Notes: generated by a model not told the origin, from the sequence alone. 64,000 nucleotides of DNA from a bacterium (GCA_965213625.1 CBDBZU010000004.1:2912001-2976000); one strand, 5' to 3'. Shown: positions 38,734 through 49,004, numbered from the stretch's first letter. Made by a program: numbers and translations.

Positions 38734-39630
38734 TCAGGCGTCCATCGCGCACCGGAAGCCGATGTTGAAATTCTTGTACCAGGGCTCGAAGCCCTCTCTC
38801 GCCGAACACCTGAGACTGTCTTCTATGTAATCCCAGCCGCAGCCCCGGGCGACCTTGGCCGTCCAGGCATACCCCGCCCTGCGCGGCAGCCAGCCCTCCG
38901 TGTTCCCGAAGCGGATCTTGTAACTGTCTTCGTCTCGCAGCAGGATCTCGTAGCGCTCGCCGCGTTTTACTTCGCCCAGGCTCAGGTTTCCCCCTCCCGG
39001 AACGGCGAATACGGGCACCTTCGCCATCGCCACCTCGAAAGTAGGCTTCTCGAGTCCTTTCGGATTCTCCACCGGACCCGTCTGGTAGTAAAACCCGTCA
39101 AACCAGTCCGCCACCCACTCGAAGACGTTCCCGGCCATCTGCACGCAATCGTAAGGAGATGCGCTATCCCCGAAATCATTCACGTTGGCGGGGCAGTGAA
39201 TATCCGTTTCCGTGCTCGCGTAAACGGCTCGCTCGGGAGATGGTTCATCCTCCCCCCATGGATACTTGCGGCCATCCGTTCCGCGCGAGGCTTTCTCCCA
39301 CTCCGCCTCGGTCGGCAGGCGCTTGCCCACCCACTTGGCGTATGCGTTCGCCTCCTCCCAGCTGATGCTGACGATGGGCTGCTCCGGCCCCACGAAATCA
39401 TCTCTTGTAAATGAGGGAGGTGGAGGAAACGCCTCGGTCTCCTCCAGAAATGCGCGGTACTGCGCATTCATAACGCAGTATTTGTCGATCCAGAAAGCGT
39501 CGAGCGTGACTTCGCGCTGGGGACGCTCATCCGCGTTCCCGGTCTCGGAACCCATCTGGAAAGAACCAGCCGGCACACACACCATCGCGGCTTCGTCTTT
39601 CCCTCTTTTCGTTTCCCTCACATCGTTCAT
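38734..39630 (-). CDS. FGE-sulfatase (SUMF1/EgtB/PvdO) family protein with SH3-like insertion
   Basis: FQMGS, RLPTEAEWEKASRG, MAGNVFEWVADW, RG and GFRC motifs. Confidence 0.85.
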   Translation of the reverse strand: MNDVRETKRGKDEAAMVCVPAGSFQMGSETGNADERPQREVTLDAFWIDKYCVMNAQYRAFLEETEAFPPPPSFTRDDFVGPEQPIVSISWEEANAYAKWVGKRLPTEAEWEKASRGTDGRKYPWGEDEPSPERAVYASTETDIHCPANVNDFGDSASPYDCVQMAGNVFEWVADWFDGFYYQTGPVENPKGLEKPTFEVAMAKVPVFAVPGGGNLSLGEVKRGERYEILLRDEDSYKIRFGNTEGWLPRRAGYAWTAKVARGCGWDYIEDSLRCSAREGFEPWYKNFNIGFRCAMDA

Positions 39631-39667
39631 CTTCGTCTCTTTGGTTTCGTGCGCTCAGACATGAGCG

Positions 39668-39696
39668 AAAAAGAGCGGGGCCCCGAAGGGCCCCGC
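39668..39696 (-). terminator. rho-independent terminator of the oxidoreductase operon
   Basis: Minus strand GCGGGGCCC-TTCG-GGGCCCCGC followed by TCTTTTT. Confidence 0.8.
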
Positions 39697-39729
39697 CGTG
39701 AACTTGCCGATTTTCTGCTTCCCGAATTC

Positions 39730-40758
39730 CTACTTCTTGCTCGGGTCGTTCACCTTGAAGGGAATCACGCCGGGCACCATCCAGTCGTCCCACATCTTGT
39801 CCACTTCACTCTGGAAGTATTCGTAGTCTTCCTCTACGAAGTGGTGGAAGCGGCCCTGCGTTTCCAGGTACTCGCGCACGGGTTTGCGGCCACGCTTGCC
39901 GTACACCTGGCGGGCGGAAATGCCCGTGTAGGTCAAGGCTCCATCCGTCATCTCCCAGAGCGGGAAGAGACCCGTCTCAACGGCCAGTTCGCCCAGCTTG
40001 TGGGAGTAGAAGGGGTCGTAGTCCCAGCCCTTCGGGCACGGGTCGAGCGTGTGTACGAACGCAGGCCCTTTCACGGCCAGCGCCTTGCGGACCTTGTCGA
40101 TCAGGTCGGCAGGATAGGATGCGTCCGCCGTCGCAACATAGTTGCAGCGCGTGTGGCCCACCGCGTACATGGCGGCGATGTTCTTCTTCCAGCAGTCGTG
40201 CATGATGCGGAACTTCTTGCCCGGAGGCGTGAACGTCGTGTTCGCGCCCCAGGGGGACGCGCCTGAAATCTGGATATCGGTGTTCGCGTACGACTCGTTG
40301 TCGTAGCAGATGATCGCCAGATTGTACTTCGCGTGCATGAGCGCCGCCGATATGGACGAGACGCCCATGTCGATGCCGCCCCCGTCTCCGCAGAAGGCGA
40401 TGACGTTGATCGGCTCTTCCTTCATCTTGCCCTTGCGCATCAGTGCGCGAAGAGCCGCCGCCGTTCCTGTCGCCGCCGAGCCCGAAGAACCGAGCTGCGT
40501 GTGCATCCACGGCACCACCCAGGGGGTGCTGTAGTAGGTGGTGTTCGCCACGTACATGCAGCCCGTGCTGCCCAGGATGATGGAGCGGGGGCCGGCCGCC
40601 TTGGCCATGAGACGCATGATGAGCGCGCTCTCGCAACCCTGGCACGTTCTGTGCCCGCTGGTGAAATACTCTTCCACCGCTTTCTCGGGAATGGCGTTCA
40701 CCTTCCCCATCAAGGGAAGTTCCTGAGTTCCGATGTTGTATTCAGAGGTTTCAGCCAT
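39730..40758 (-). CDS. 2-oxoacid:ferredoxin oxidoreductase beta subunit (oxalate oxidoreductase-like)
   Basis: GHRTCQGC, GCMYVANT, GDGG...YDNESYANT (TPP-binding) and PCPKGW motifs. Confidence 0.9.
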   Translation of the reverse strand: MAETSEYNIGTQELPLMGKVNAIPEKAVEEYFTSGHRTCQGCESALIMRLMAKAAGPRSIILGSTGCMYVANTTYYSTPWVVPWMHTQLGSSGSAATGTAAALRALMRKGKMKEEPINVIAFCGDGGGIDMGVSSISAALMHAKYNLAIICYDNESYANTDIQISGASPWGANTTFTPPGKKFRIMHDCWKKNIAAMYAVGHTRCNYVATADASYPADLIDKVRKALAVKGPAFVHTLDPCPKGWDYDPFYSHKLGELAVETGLFPLWEMTDGALTYTGISARQVYGKRGRKPVREYLETQGRFHHFVEEDYEYFQSEVDKMWDDWMVPGVIPFKVNDPSKK

Positions 40759-40760
40759 GA

Positions 40761-41978
40761 TTATCCCCTCACGCCGATCCAGTCGACTTCGTTGTCGGCC
40801 GCATCGTTCTGACCCATGGAAATGACCTTGTCGGCCATCTGTTTGACGTCTTCGAGCAACACCTCACGGCCACCGAGGCCGCAAACGAATCCTTTCATGT
40901 GAGGCGCCTTGTCCGCCCCGTACATGGCGGCTTTTATTTCATTATACACGATACCGCCGTGATAGGGAGAACCAAACGAATAGTCGCGGTCGATGACGCC
41001 CACCGCCTTGAAGCGCGAGAGCGATTCGCGCAACTCTTCTGTCGGGAATGGGCGGAACCACTTGAGACGAACCATACCGACTTTCTTGCCTTCCTTACGC
41101 ATTTCGCGAATGGCGACTTTCACCGGCAGACTCAGTGTTCCTACGCCGCACAGCACGACGTCGGCATCCTCTGTCATATACTCATCGAGGAAGGGGTTGG
41201 TGTTTGTACCAAAAATTTTACTGAAATCGGCGTGGGCTTCCTTGAGCACGGTGTAGGAGTTTTTCGCCGCCTCGCTGCTTTGGCGTCTCACTTCCATGAG
41301 CCAGTCTTCGTTGGCTTGTGGCGCGATGGTGATGGGGTTGTCCGGATGAAGCAGCAGGTCTCCCCTGTCGTAGGGAGGCAGGAATGCGTTGACTTCATCC
41401 TGTCCGGGCAGCCGCACCGTCGCCTGGCTGTGCGTCAGGAATGCGCCGTCCATCGCGATGGCGCAAGGGAGATATACCCTCGGGTCTTCGGCGACGCGAT
41501 ACGCCAGAAGACCGAGTTCGATGACTTCCTGCGCCGTGTCCGGGAAGTTGATCATCCAGCCCAAGTCACGAACGAGCATGGCGTCGTTGTGCTCGGTGCC
41601 GAACGCGCCTGGGTCATCCAGAGCGCGGCAGCCCACCAGGGCCACCATCGGTAGCCTGAGGCCCGCCGTAACGGCGAGCGGCTCCATCGCATAGAGCCAG
41701 CCCACGCCGCTCGAGCCGGTGAACACGCGCGCGCCGCAGGCCGAGGCGTGTTTGACTATCTCGAACTGACCGTGTTCGCTTTCCGCCGGGATGTAGTCGG
41801 CGTCGAAATCGCCCTCGGCGATGAACTTGGAAACATACTGCATCACGGTGTCATACGGTCGTATGGGATAGGCCGTGATGACATCGACGTCGGCGAGACG
41901 GCAGATATGCGCCATGACCTCGCTTCCGGTGAGGAGATGAACCCCCGCACCTTGTTGTTGTTCGGTAGCTGTTGCCAT
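40761..41978 (-). CDS. 2-oxoacid:ferredoxin oxidoreductase alpha subunit (oxalate oxidoreductase-like)
   Basis: YPIRPY, ESEH, FTGSSGVG, FRPFP and GLGG motifs. Confidence 0.9.
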   Translation of the reverse strand: MATATEQQQGAGVHLLTGSEVMAHICRLADVDVITAYPIRPYDTVMQYVSKFIAEGDFDADYIPAESEHGQFEIVKHASACGARVFTGSSGVGWLYAMEPLAVTAGLRLPMVALVGCRALDDPGAFGTEHNDAMLVRDLGWMINFPDTAQEVIELGLLAYRVAEDPRVYLPCAIAMDGAFLTHSQATVRLPGQDEVNAFLPPYDRGDLLLHPDNPITIAPQANEDWLMEVRRQSSEAAKNSYTVLKEAHADFSKIFGTNTNPFLDEYMTEDADVVLCGVGTLSLPVKVAIREMRKEGKKVGMVRLKWFRPFPTEELRESLSRFKAVGVIDRDYSFGSPYHGGIVYNEIKAAMYGADKAPHMKGFVCGLGGREVLLEDVKQMADKVISMGQNDAADNEVDWIGVRG

Positions 41979-41991
41979 CAGTTCGCTCCTA

Positions 41992-43179
41992 TTAAAGCTC
42001 TTTGAGAGATTTGACCTGCGCCGTTTCAGGATTGTGGCCCATTTCGATGCCGATGCCGGAGAACGCCTGCCCGAGGCCGGTGATGGGGTGACGACCCTCT
42101 ATCTTGCCGGTGCTGATCTTCTCGTCCATGTACTTGTCGTAGTCGCCCTTATTCTCCTGCCACATCTGCCACTGGCTGTCGCGCTCATCGAAGACGACTT
42201 CGTTCACCATGGTGATGCAGTCCTTGACGGGACAGATGGCCTCGCACACGCCGCAGCCGCAGCAGGCTTCCATGTTTGCGTCGAAAAAGCCGTCCGGCGT
42301 AACGTCGAAACAGGTGTCCGGGCATGCAACCCAGCACAGCGTGCATTTCGTGCATTTCTCAAAAGACACGACGGGACGCATGGTGCGGGTTGACCATTTC
42401 TTGAAGTAGGGATTTCTCCCCGGCTCGTAGCCGTCCTCGCCGCCCCTGAAGCCCTCGTGGCCGCCCACGCCGTCGATGACGACGCCCTGGCGCATTTCGT
42501 GCCACTTGAGGAGTTCGAACGTGAAAGGAACTTCATCATTGCCCTGGCCCGGTTCGATTTCCACGGGACGCAGGTCTTCATATACCTCGCGCGCGGCTTC
42601 TACGTGCGTTTCAGAACCGAGGTTCTCGCGGATCGCCGATTCGAGAGACGCGATGGAGCACATTGTCGGCTCGGCCTTGAGGGCCGCCGCCAGACAGCGC
42701 GTGTCGGTGCCGTCGTCCTTGTACACCCAGAGACCTGCAAAGCTCGCCTCACCTGGGATGATAGCGAGTTTGTAGGGCGTGTCCCTGCGGTGGATGTGCT
42801 GGACGAGTTCGTCTTCTTTCTGATTGGACGTGACAATCAGCGTGCCGCCGGGCTTGGTGACGGCGTTGATAGGCTGAAGGCCGTACCACGCCCACGATTC
42901 CACGCCCTTGCAAAGCGTGTCGTCCACACAGATGGAGATGTCCACCTGTTTGGGCTCGTATTGCGCCGCCACGGTCTCGAGTTCTTCCTCGTTGTCCGCG
43001 ATGTAACCGAACTGCTTGGCCGGAATTCCGTTGCGCTCGGGCGAATCGCTGTAGCGCCCGAAGGAGATGCCCGGCTTGCCTTCTTTCACGGCCGCTAGAA
43101 TCAGCGTCCGCGAAATTTTTACGGCAAGGCTTTTCTGGAAAATCCCTCTGTAAATTACTTCAAACGAAATCACACTCAC
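41992..43179 (-). CDS. 2-oxoacid:ferredoxin oxidoreductase fused gamma/delta subunit with 2x[4Fe-4S]
   Basis: Gamma-like N-terminus plus CTKCTLCWVACP and CCGCGVCEAICP ferredoxin motifs. Confidence 0.85.
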   Translation of the reverse strand: MSVISFEVIYRGIFQKSLAVKISRTLILAAVKEGKPGISFGRYSDSPERNGIPAKQFGYIADNEEELETVAAQYEPKQVDISICVDDTLCKGVESWAWYGLQPINAVTKPGGTLIVTSNQKEDELVQHIHRRDTPYKLAIIPGEASFAGLWVYKDDGTDTRCLAAALKAEPTMCSIASLESAIRENLGSETHVEAAREVYEDLRPVEIEPGQGNDEVPFTFELLKWHEMRQGVVIDGVGGHEGFRGGEDGYEPGRNPYFKKWSTRTMRPVVSFEKCTKCTLCWVACPDTCFDVTPDGFFDANMEACCGCGVCEAICPVKDCITMVNEVVFDERDSQWQMWQENKGDYDKYMDEKISTGKIEGRHPITGLGQAFSGIGIEMGHNPETAQVKSLKEL

Positions 43180-43294
43180 ATTCGATACCCCCCACTTTGG
43201 AGTTGAAGAAAATGAATCTTATCGTCTGGGGATTGAACCCCTCAAAATTGCCTGATACCTATCTGGATTTACGCTAACTTCAATCTCGCAAACA

Positions 43295-43993
43295 TTATTT
43301 CCGAGCGGGCGTCTGCTCGACCAGATGACTGATCATCCCTGCCGTCGCCCTGTTCCTGTCCTTCTCCGAAACGGCATTCAGAATCTTGTGGTGCGCTTCC
43401 CACGAACGCAGGCGCACACTTTCATCGCGCCGGAGTGAGCGCTCCCTTAACTCGCTCAGAGAATTCAGCAGGCTGCTCAGCAGATGGTGCAGAAATTGAT
43501 TCTTGGCGGCCTCTGCAAGGCTCAAATGAAACTCGGTGTCTTCCCTCAGGCCGAGACGCCCCCCTTCTATCTCATCATGCTGACACCGGAGTGTTTCTTC
43601 CAGCTTTTCCAATTCCGCCTCCGTCACTCGCTCGGCGGCCAGAGCGGCGATTTGAGGCTCAAGAACCATGCGCGCCTCAAAAAGGTGGTGAATGCCGCTT
43701 TCCGCATCGGAGGAGACTTTTTCGGAAATCACATGAATCATGGATACCGGGTTCGCCGTAACGAACGTGCCCTCCCCCTGCTTCGTTTCCACCAGACGGG
43801 CGGATTCCAGCGACCGTGTAGCCTCTCGAACGGAATTGCGTCCCACACCGAATTGCTCGCAAAGCTCACGCTCCGAGGGCAGCTTCTCGCCCGGTTTGAT
43901 GACGCCTTCGAGGATCAGGGACGTCAGTTGATCGACGATGGCCTCGTAAACGCGCGTTTTCTTCACCGCCTGCAGTCTGTCGCTGATGACCAC
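43295..43993 (-). CDS. GntR family, FadR subfamily transcriptional regulator
   Basis: PGEKLPSEREL...FGVGRNSVREA wHTH; FCD domain DTEFH...N. Confidence 0.95.
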   Translation of the reverse strand: MVISDRLQAVKKTRVYEAIVDQLTSLILEGVIKPGEKLPSERELCEQFGVGRNSVREATRSLESARLVETKQGEGTFVTANPVSMIHVISEKVSSDAESGIHHLFEARMVLEPQIAALAAERVTEAELEKLEETLRCQHDEIEGGRLGLREDTEFHLSLAEAAKNQFLHHLLSSLLNSLSELRERSLRRDESVRLRSWEAHHKILNAVSEKDRNRATAGMISHLVEQTPARK

Positions 43994-44070
43994 GGCAAAT
44001 CCCTCGGATTTAATTGCCTCAGTTCTGTTGCCACCCCGGTTAGCTTGTTGCCAACTTAAAGGATTATGGG

Positions 44071-44115
44071 ATTGTCCTACCAGTTAGCTTAAGTCTATTA
44101 TTTGTAGAGTGTCAA
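44071..44115 (-). promoter_or_regulatory. putative promoter and FadR-type operator
   Basis: Minus strand TTGACA (44110-44115)-N18-TAAGCT, immediately followed by AACTGGTAGGACAAT (44071-44085), resembling PdhR/LldR-type TGGT-N3-AC(C)A boxes. Confidence 0.6.
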
Positions 44116-44473
44116 CCGAATATATAGGGTGTCAACAGTAAATAAGGGGAAATACGGGAATTTGGAGATAAAATTCGTGAAAATTGGATATATTTTAACT
44201 TCATTTACGCTATTTTATTGAAATGCAGGTTTCATTTCTTTCAGAACCCTCCTCGGGGGCCGTTCCGCCAATCGAGAACGGCTCTGCCAAGATGTGGCGC
44301 GTACTGCGCAAAACGCCCTCATGGAACACATTCTTACTTCTTCGAAATTGCATATACCTGCGCATTTAAGCGCTTTCAGGGACTCCCTCCCGGTCTATGC
44401 CAGAACCCATGAAAATGCTAGGATTGTTCATCTCTATTCCGCGCCATCGCATCGCCATGAAAGACACGAAACC

Positions 44474-45685
44474 TTGAAGAAATGGCAACTCCTTGCCCTG
44501 CTCACAACCGGCCACGCCTGTGAACACTGGTTCCAGGGCGTTCTGGGACCCGTCATCCCCTTTCTAGCGGCAGATCTTGGCCTTACGTTAACCCAGGTGG
44601 GACTTCTCTTCACGGGCAGAGCCGTGATGAGCGCTTTCAGCAGCGTGGGCACCGGCTACGTCATCGACGCCTACGGCGGCGGGAAATGGCTTCTCGTCGG
44701 TTGCATGGCTACGGTAGGGCTTTTCTACGGAGGGGCGAGCCTCGCTACGGGGTTCATCACACTGGCGCCCATCATCTGGCTGAGCGGCCTGGCAACGCAC
44801 ACCTGGCACCCGCCCTCTATGGGCTTGCTGGGCATGCGCTTCGATAACCGAAAGGGTTTTGCCCTGGGCGTGCACGGCACGGGCGCGAACCTGGGACAGA
44901 CGCTGGCGCCCATCATCGCGGGCTATCTGCTCCTCATCATGAGCTGGCGGGGCGTCTTGTTGGCGAACACGATTCCGCTGTTCGCCACGGCGCTTCTCTT
45001 ATTGGTTTTTCTCGAACCTTTCCAGATCAGCGGCAAACAAAAGCCCGGCTCCTCCATCACCCCGCGAAATTTCGTGGACGCGCTCATCAAGAACCCCGGC
45101 ATGGCGGGGGCATGCGTCTTCTCCGGCGTAAGGACGCTGGCGCACAACGTCGTCTCCATTTTCCTGCCCATTCTCCTGGTGAGAAAATACGGTGTGGGCC
45201 CAAGCACACTGGGCCTTGCGCTAGGCGTGTACTCGGCGGCCTCCATATTTCCTGAAACCATCGTCGGCTATCTCTCCGACAAGATTTCCCGAAAATTGAT
45301 CCTCTTCATCGGAATCGCCGCCGGTGGTTTCGCAATGCTCCTAATTCCCTACACTGGCACGGGAATTTTCCTCTACGCCTGCGTCGCGTCGGTCGGCGTT
45401 TTTCTCATTTCCATGCGCTCGGCGATTTTCGCTTACGGCTTCGAGATCAGCCCGCCCAGGTTGGCGGGAAGCGTCGTCGGCGTTATTTTCACTGCGAATC
45501 AGATTTTTGTTGGCCTGGGATTGTTTTTTCTGGGTATACTGGCGGATGCATACGGCCTGGAAGTCGTTTTCGGAGCAATCGGCGTCGCCTGTCTGGGCAG
45601 CCTGATCGCCTTCTCATGGTTGCCCGCAACGGAAGAGAATTTGGCTCCTCACCAGGCGGCGAATCCGGGGGATCCTATGCGCTAG
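44474..45685 (+). CDS. MFS transporter
   Basis: About 12 hydrophobic segments; WHPPS, RKGFALGVH and GYLSDKISRK motifs; start uncertain (TTG 44474 chosen). Confidence 0.85.
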   Translation: MKKWQLLALLTTGHACEHWFQGVLGPVIPFLAADLGLTLTQVGLLFTGRAVMSAFSSVGTGYVIDAYGGGKWLLVGCMATVGLFYGGASLATGFITLAPIIWLSGLATHTWHPPSMGLLGMRFDNRKGFALGVHGTGANLGQTLAPIIAGYLLLIMSWRGVLLANTIPLFATALLLLVFLEPFQISGKQKPGSSITPRNFVDALIKNPGMAGACVFSGVRTLAHNVVSIFLPILLVRKYGVGPSTLGLALGVYSAASIFPETIVGYLSDKISRKLILFIGIAAGGFAMLLIPYTGTGIFLYACVASVGVFLISMRSAIFAYGFEISPPRLAGSVVGVIFTANQIFVGLGLFFLGILADAYGLEVVFGAIGVACLGSLIAFSWLPATEENLAPHQAANPGDPMR

Positions 45686-45715
45686 TCCTTCATGATTTGT
45701 ACAGGAGGATGCTTC

Positions 45716-48700
45716 ATGAGCGTCCGGGTTGAAGAGCATCCGGGATTTTCCCATATCGAAAAACTCTTGCTTGGCGGCGCCCCTACTCCCGCAGCGAAAG
45801 ACCTTTTCGCCCAAATCGGTGTCAGCGACCCGATAGGCGTGACAAGAAATCTCCAGTCCCTGGCGTTACATCCCGCATTCCCGCGCAACAATTCCGAATT
45901 TTTACTGCAGTTGCTCTCTTCTCTGAGCGACACGTTCGACCCCGAACGCGCCCTGAGTAACTTCGAGCGCATTCTAGGAACCCGTGATAGTCCCGACGCC
46001 CTTCTGAAAGCCCTCACCCGCTCAGATGAGCGCAGGGCGGAATTCTTCGCTCTTGCCGGCGGAAGCCAGTTTCTGATCGAAACGATCCTGCGTCATCCGA
46101 ACTTTCTCGACTGGCTACTCCGGCCGAGCACGTTGAGTGCCTCCCGCACGAAAGAAAAAATGGTCTCCGAACTATGGAAATGGGTGCGGGAGAACCGTGA
46201 TGCGCCCAATGGACCGGAAAACGCGATGCGCCGTTTTCGACAGCGCGAATACCTGAGAATCGCGGTGCTCGATTTGAAGCGGCAAGCGTCTCTTATGGAG
46301 ATCACGACAAACCTCTCACACCTTGCGGACGCCTGCCTGGAAGTGGCGGTCCGTATCGCCAGACAGGAACTCGAACAAAAATACGGAAAACCCCGCTACA
46401 AGGATATGGACGGCAGGTGGCGTAATACCGAATTCTGCGTGATCGGGATGGGCAAGCTTGGCGGTCTGGAACTCAACTTCAGCTCGGATATCGATCTGAT
46501 CTTCGTATACTCATCGGACGAAGGTCAGACGACCGGCGTGACGGACGCAATTACAGGCCGGACGAAAAGAAGCATCTCCAACCATGAGTTTTTCGCCCAC
46601 CTCTCCAGACGCCTCATATCCCTGATGGCGACGAACACCGAAGAAGGCCACGTCTTCCGCATCGATACGCGTCTCAGGCCCGAGGGCTCACAAGGCGCAT
46701 TGGCGTATTCGCTCAGAAGCTGTGAGGTTTATTACGAATCCTGGGGCGAGACGTGGGAGCGTCAAGCCCTCATCAAATCCCGCCATTGCGCGGGCTCCGC
46801 CGCCTTAAGCGATGATTTCATGGAAATGATTCGTCCTTTCGTGTACCGGCGCACGATGGACATCAGCGTGCTCGAGGAGATTGGCCGCATCAAGGGCCGC
46901 ATCAACGAAAATCTAAAAGGCGAGGACGCCGCGACGCGAAACGTAAAACTCGGCGAAGGCGGCATTCGTGAGATTGAGTTTATTACCCAGGCATTGCAAC
47001 TCATCTACGGTGGCCGCGAAACGCTTCTCCAGAACCCGAGCACGCTGGAGGGCCTCTCCATCATCGAGGCGCTCGGCCTCCTGCCGGCCCATGAGTGCGA
47101 TCAGCTATCGAACGCATACGTGTTCTTAAGAGACGTGGAACATCGCGTACAGGTTACGCACGGACTTCAGACGCATGAGGTTCCTGCGGATGAGAAGAGT
47201 CTGAACGTGCTGGCGCGCAAGATGGATTGCGCGGAAAGCGCTGAACTGAAATCCCGCCTGGCGTATCACCAGAATAATGTATCCAGGATTTTCGAAAACA
47301 TGTTCCAAAGCGAAAACGGGGAGCAGGAATCGGAAGCCGCAAGCGGCCCGCCGACCCCGGCGCTTACCCTGGAGGATTCGCTATCCGCCGAGGATCTGGC
47401 CTCCTACAGCTTCGTGGATCCGGAAGGCGTAAGTACGCATCTCAAACTCCTGAGAAACGGCGCATCGCTCGAGCACGTCAGCGCCAAGGCGAAACGGATT
47501 TTCGACGAACTCCTCCCCCGTATGCTGTATCAGACACTCGACCTTCCTGAGCCGGACAGGGCCATTGCTCATCTCAACAAGTTCGTGGAGCGGGGAGGCG
47601 GTCGTGAATCCATCCTGGGGTTCATGGCCGAGCAGGAAGAATCGCTGGAAATCATCCTCAAACTCTTCGCTTCGAGCAATTACCTGGCAGAGGTTCTGAT
47701 CGAACAACCAGGACTACTCGAAACGCTCTTTCAGAGGGAAACCCTCGCCGAGCCGCGTTCCGAAGTTCTGCTCGCTGAAGAACTGAGAAAGGTAACGGAT
47801 TCACAAATCTCGCCGGAAGAAAAATTCAATCGCCTGCACCTGCTCAAAAAAAGCGAGGAACTCGCGATAGGCATCAGAAGCATCCTGGGAGCAGCGGACA
47901 TCCTGGAAACCCTCTCCGCCCTCTCCCAACTCGCCGAAGCCACGCTCAAGAGCGGCTACGAAATCGCCAACGAGAGAATGCGCAAACTCTACGGCGTCCC
48001 GATGGAAGAGGACACTGGAGCGGAAGCACGGTTCGCCATCATCAGCCTCGGCAAGATGGGCAGCGGGGAGATGAACTACGGCTCGGATCTCGACCTGATA
48101 TTCGTCTACAGCGCCGCAGGGAAAACAAGTGGCCAAATCGACGGCAAACCCGCCGAATACAGATCCATCTCGAATCATGAATTCTACATCAAGGTCGCCA
48201 CGTTCCTGCGCGACGGCCTTGCCGCGTCGGTTTCGCGTGAGCGAACCTACGAAATGGATCTTCGCCTGCGTCCCGAAGGGGAAAAAGGCGCTTTGGCCGC
48301 GCCGATAGATGTGTTCAAGGAATACTTCAACAACCGTGCTGAAATATGGGAAAAGCAAGCCCTTACGAGATCAAGATACGTCGCTGGCTCTGAAGGGCTG
48401 GGCGCGGAATTCATGACGCTTGTGAATGAATTCGTATATGAGCGCGCAGCGCCCGAAGACCTCGCCGAACAGGTACGCCACATGCGAGGCCGCATTGAAA
48501 AAGAACTCTCCGCAGAGGATGAGGGAATCGCCGACATCAAACTCGGCCGCGGCGGAATCATCGACATCGAGTTTTTGACGCAGTATCTTCTGATTCAAAA
48601 TGGCGGAGCGCATCCGGGTATCCGTGTCCCGAATACCTACCTTGCAGTGCAGGCCTTGAACGAGGCAGGGTTGCTCTCGGACGAGGATTCCGCCGCGCTG

Positions 48701-48931
48701 CACGATGGGTACCGCTTCTTGCGCCTGGTCGAAAATCGGCTCCGCATCGGCAATGCGCAGTCGATCAATATCTTCATGAAGACGAGACACGCCATGAACA
48801 CGTTGGCGCGGCGGATGAATTTCGTAGATGATATCGACGGAAGCGCAAACGCCAAGCTGCTGGCGCAGTTTGAGAAAAACACAGAACGAGTAAGAGAGGT
48901 TTATGAGAAAATCGTAGTCGCAAACACGTGA
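45716..48931 (+). CDS. glnE: bifunctional glutamine synthetase adenylyltransferase/adenylyl-removing enzyme
   Basis: Two nucleotidyltransferase repeats: GKLGGLELNFSSDIDL / GKMGSGEMNYGSDLDL, DTRLRPEG / DLRLRPEG, KLGEGGIREIEF / KLGRGGIIDIEF. Confidence 0.97.
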   Translation: MSVRVEEHPGFSHIEKLLLGGAPTPAAKDLFAQIGVSDPIGVTRNLQSLALHPAFPRNNSEFLLQLLSSLSDTFDPERALSNFERILGTRDSPDALLKALTRSDERRAEFFALAGGSQFLIETILRHPNFLDWLLRPSTLSASRTKEKMVSELWKWVRENRDAPNGPENAMRRFRQREYLRIAVLDLKRQASLMEITTNLSHLADACLEVAVRIARQELEQKYGKPRYKDMDGRWRNTEFCVIGMGKLGGLELNFSSDIDLIFVYSSDEGQTTGVTDAITGRTKRSISNHEFFAHLSRRLISLMATNTEEGHVFRIDTRLRPEGSQGALAYSLRSCEVYYESWGETWERQALIKSRHCAGSAALSDDFMEMIRPFVYRRTMDISVLEEIGRIKGRINENLKGEDAATRNVKLGEGGIREIEFITQALQLIYGGRETLLQNPSTLEGLSIIEALGLLPAHECDQLSNAYVFLRDVEHRVQVTHGLQTHEVPADEKSLNVLARKMDCAESAELKSRLAYHQNNVSRIFENMFQSENGEQESEAASGPPTPALTLEDSLSAEDLASYSFVDPEGVSTHLKLLRNGASLEHVSAKAKRIFDELLPRMLYQTLDLPEPDRAIAHLNKFVERGGGRESILGFMAEQEESLEIILKLFASSNYLAEVLIEQPGLLETLFQRETLAEPRSEVLLAEELRKVTDSQISPEEKFNRLHLLKKSEELAIGIRSILGAADILETLSALSQLAEATLKSGYEIANERMRKLYGVPMEEDTGAEARFAIISLGKMGSGEMNYGSDLDLIFVYSAAGKTSGQIDGKPAEYRSISNHEFYIKVATFLRDGLAASVSRERTYEMDLRLRPEGEKGALAAPIDVFKEYFNNRAEIWEKQALTRSRYVAGSEGLGAEFMTLVNEFVYERAAPEDLAEQVRHMRGRIEKELSAEDEGIADIKLGRGGIIDIEFLTQYLLIQNGGAHPGIRVPNTYLAVQALNEAGLLSDEDSAALHDGYRFLRLVENRLRIGNAQSINIFMKTRHAMNTLARRMNFVDDIDGSANAKLLAQFEKNTERVREVYEKIVVANT

Positions 48932-49004
48932 TTATCCGGCGTGAATGCCCTGCCGGGTGTCCCCACGAATTTCGTTTCGCACAACCAACGCCAGAGGGCT
49001 CGAA

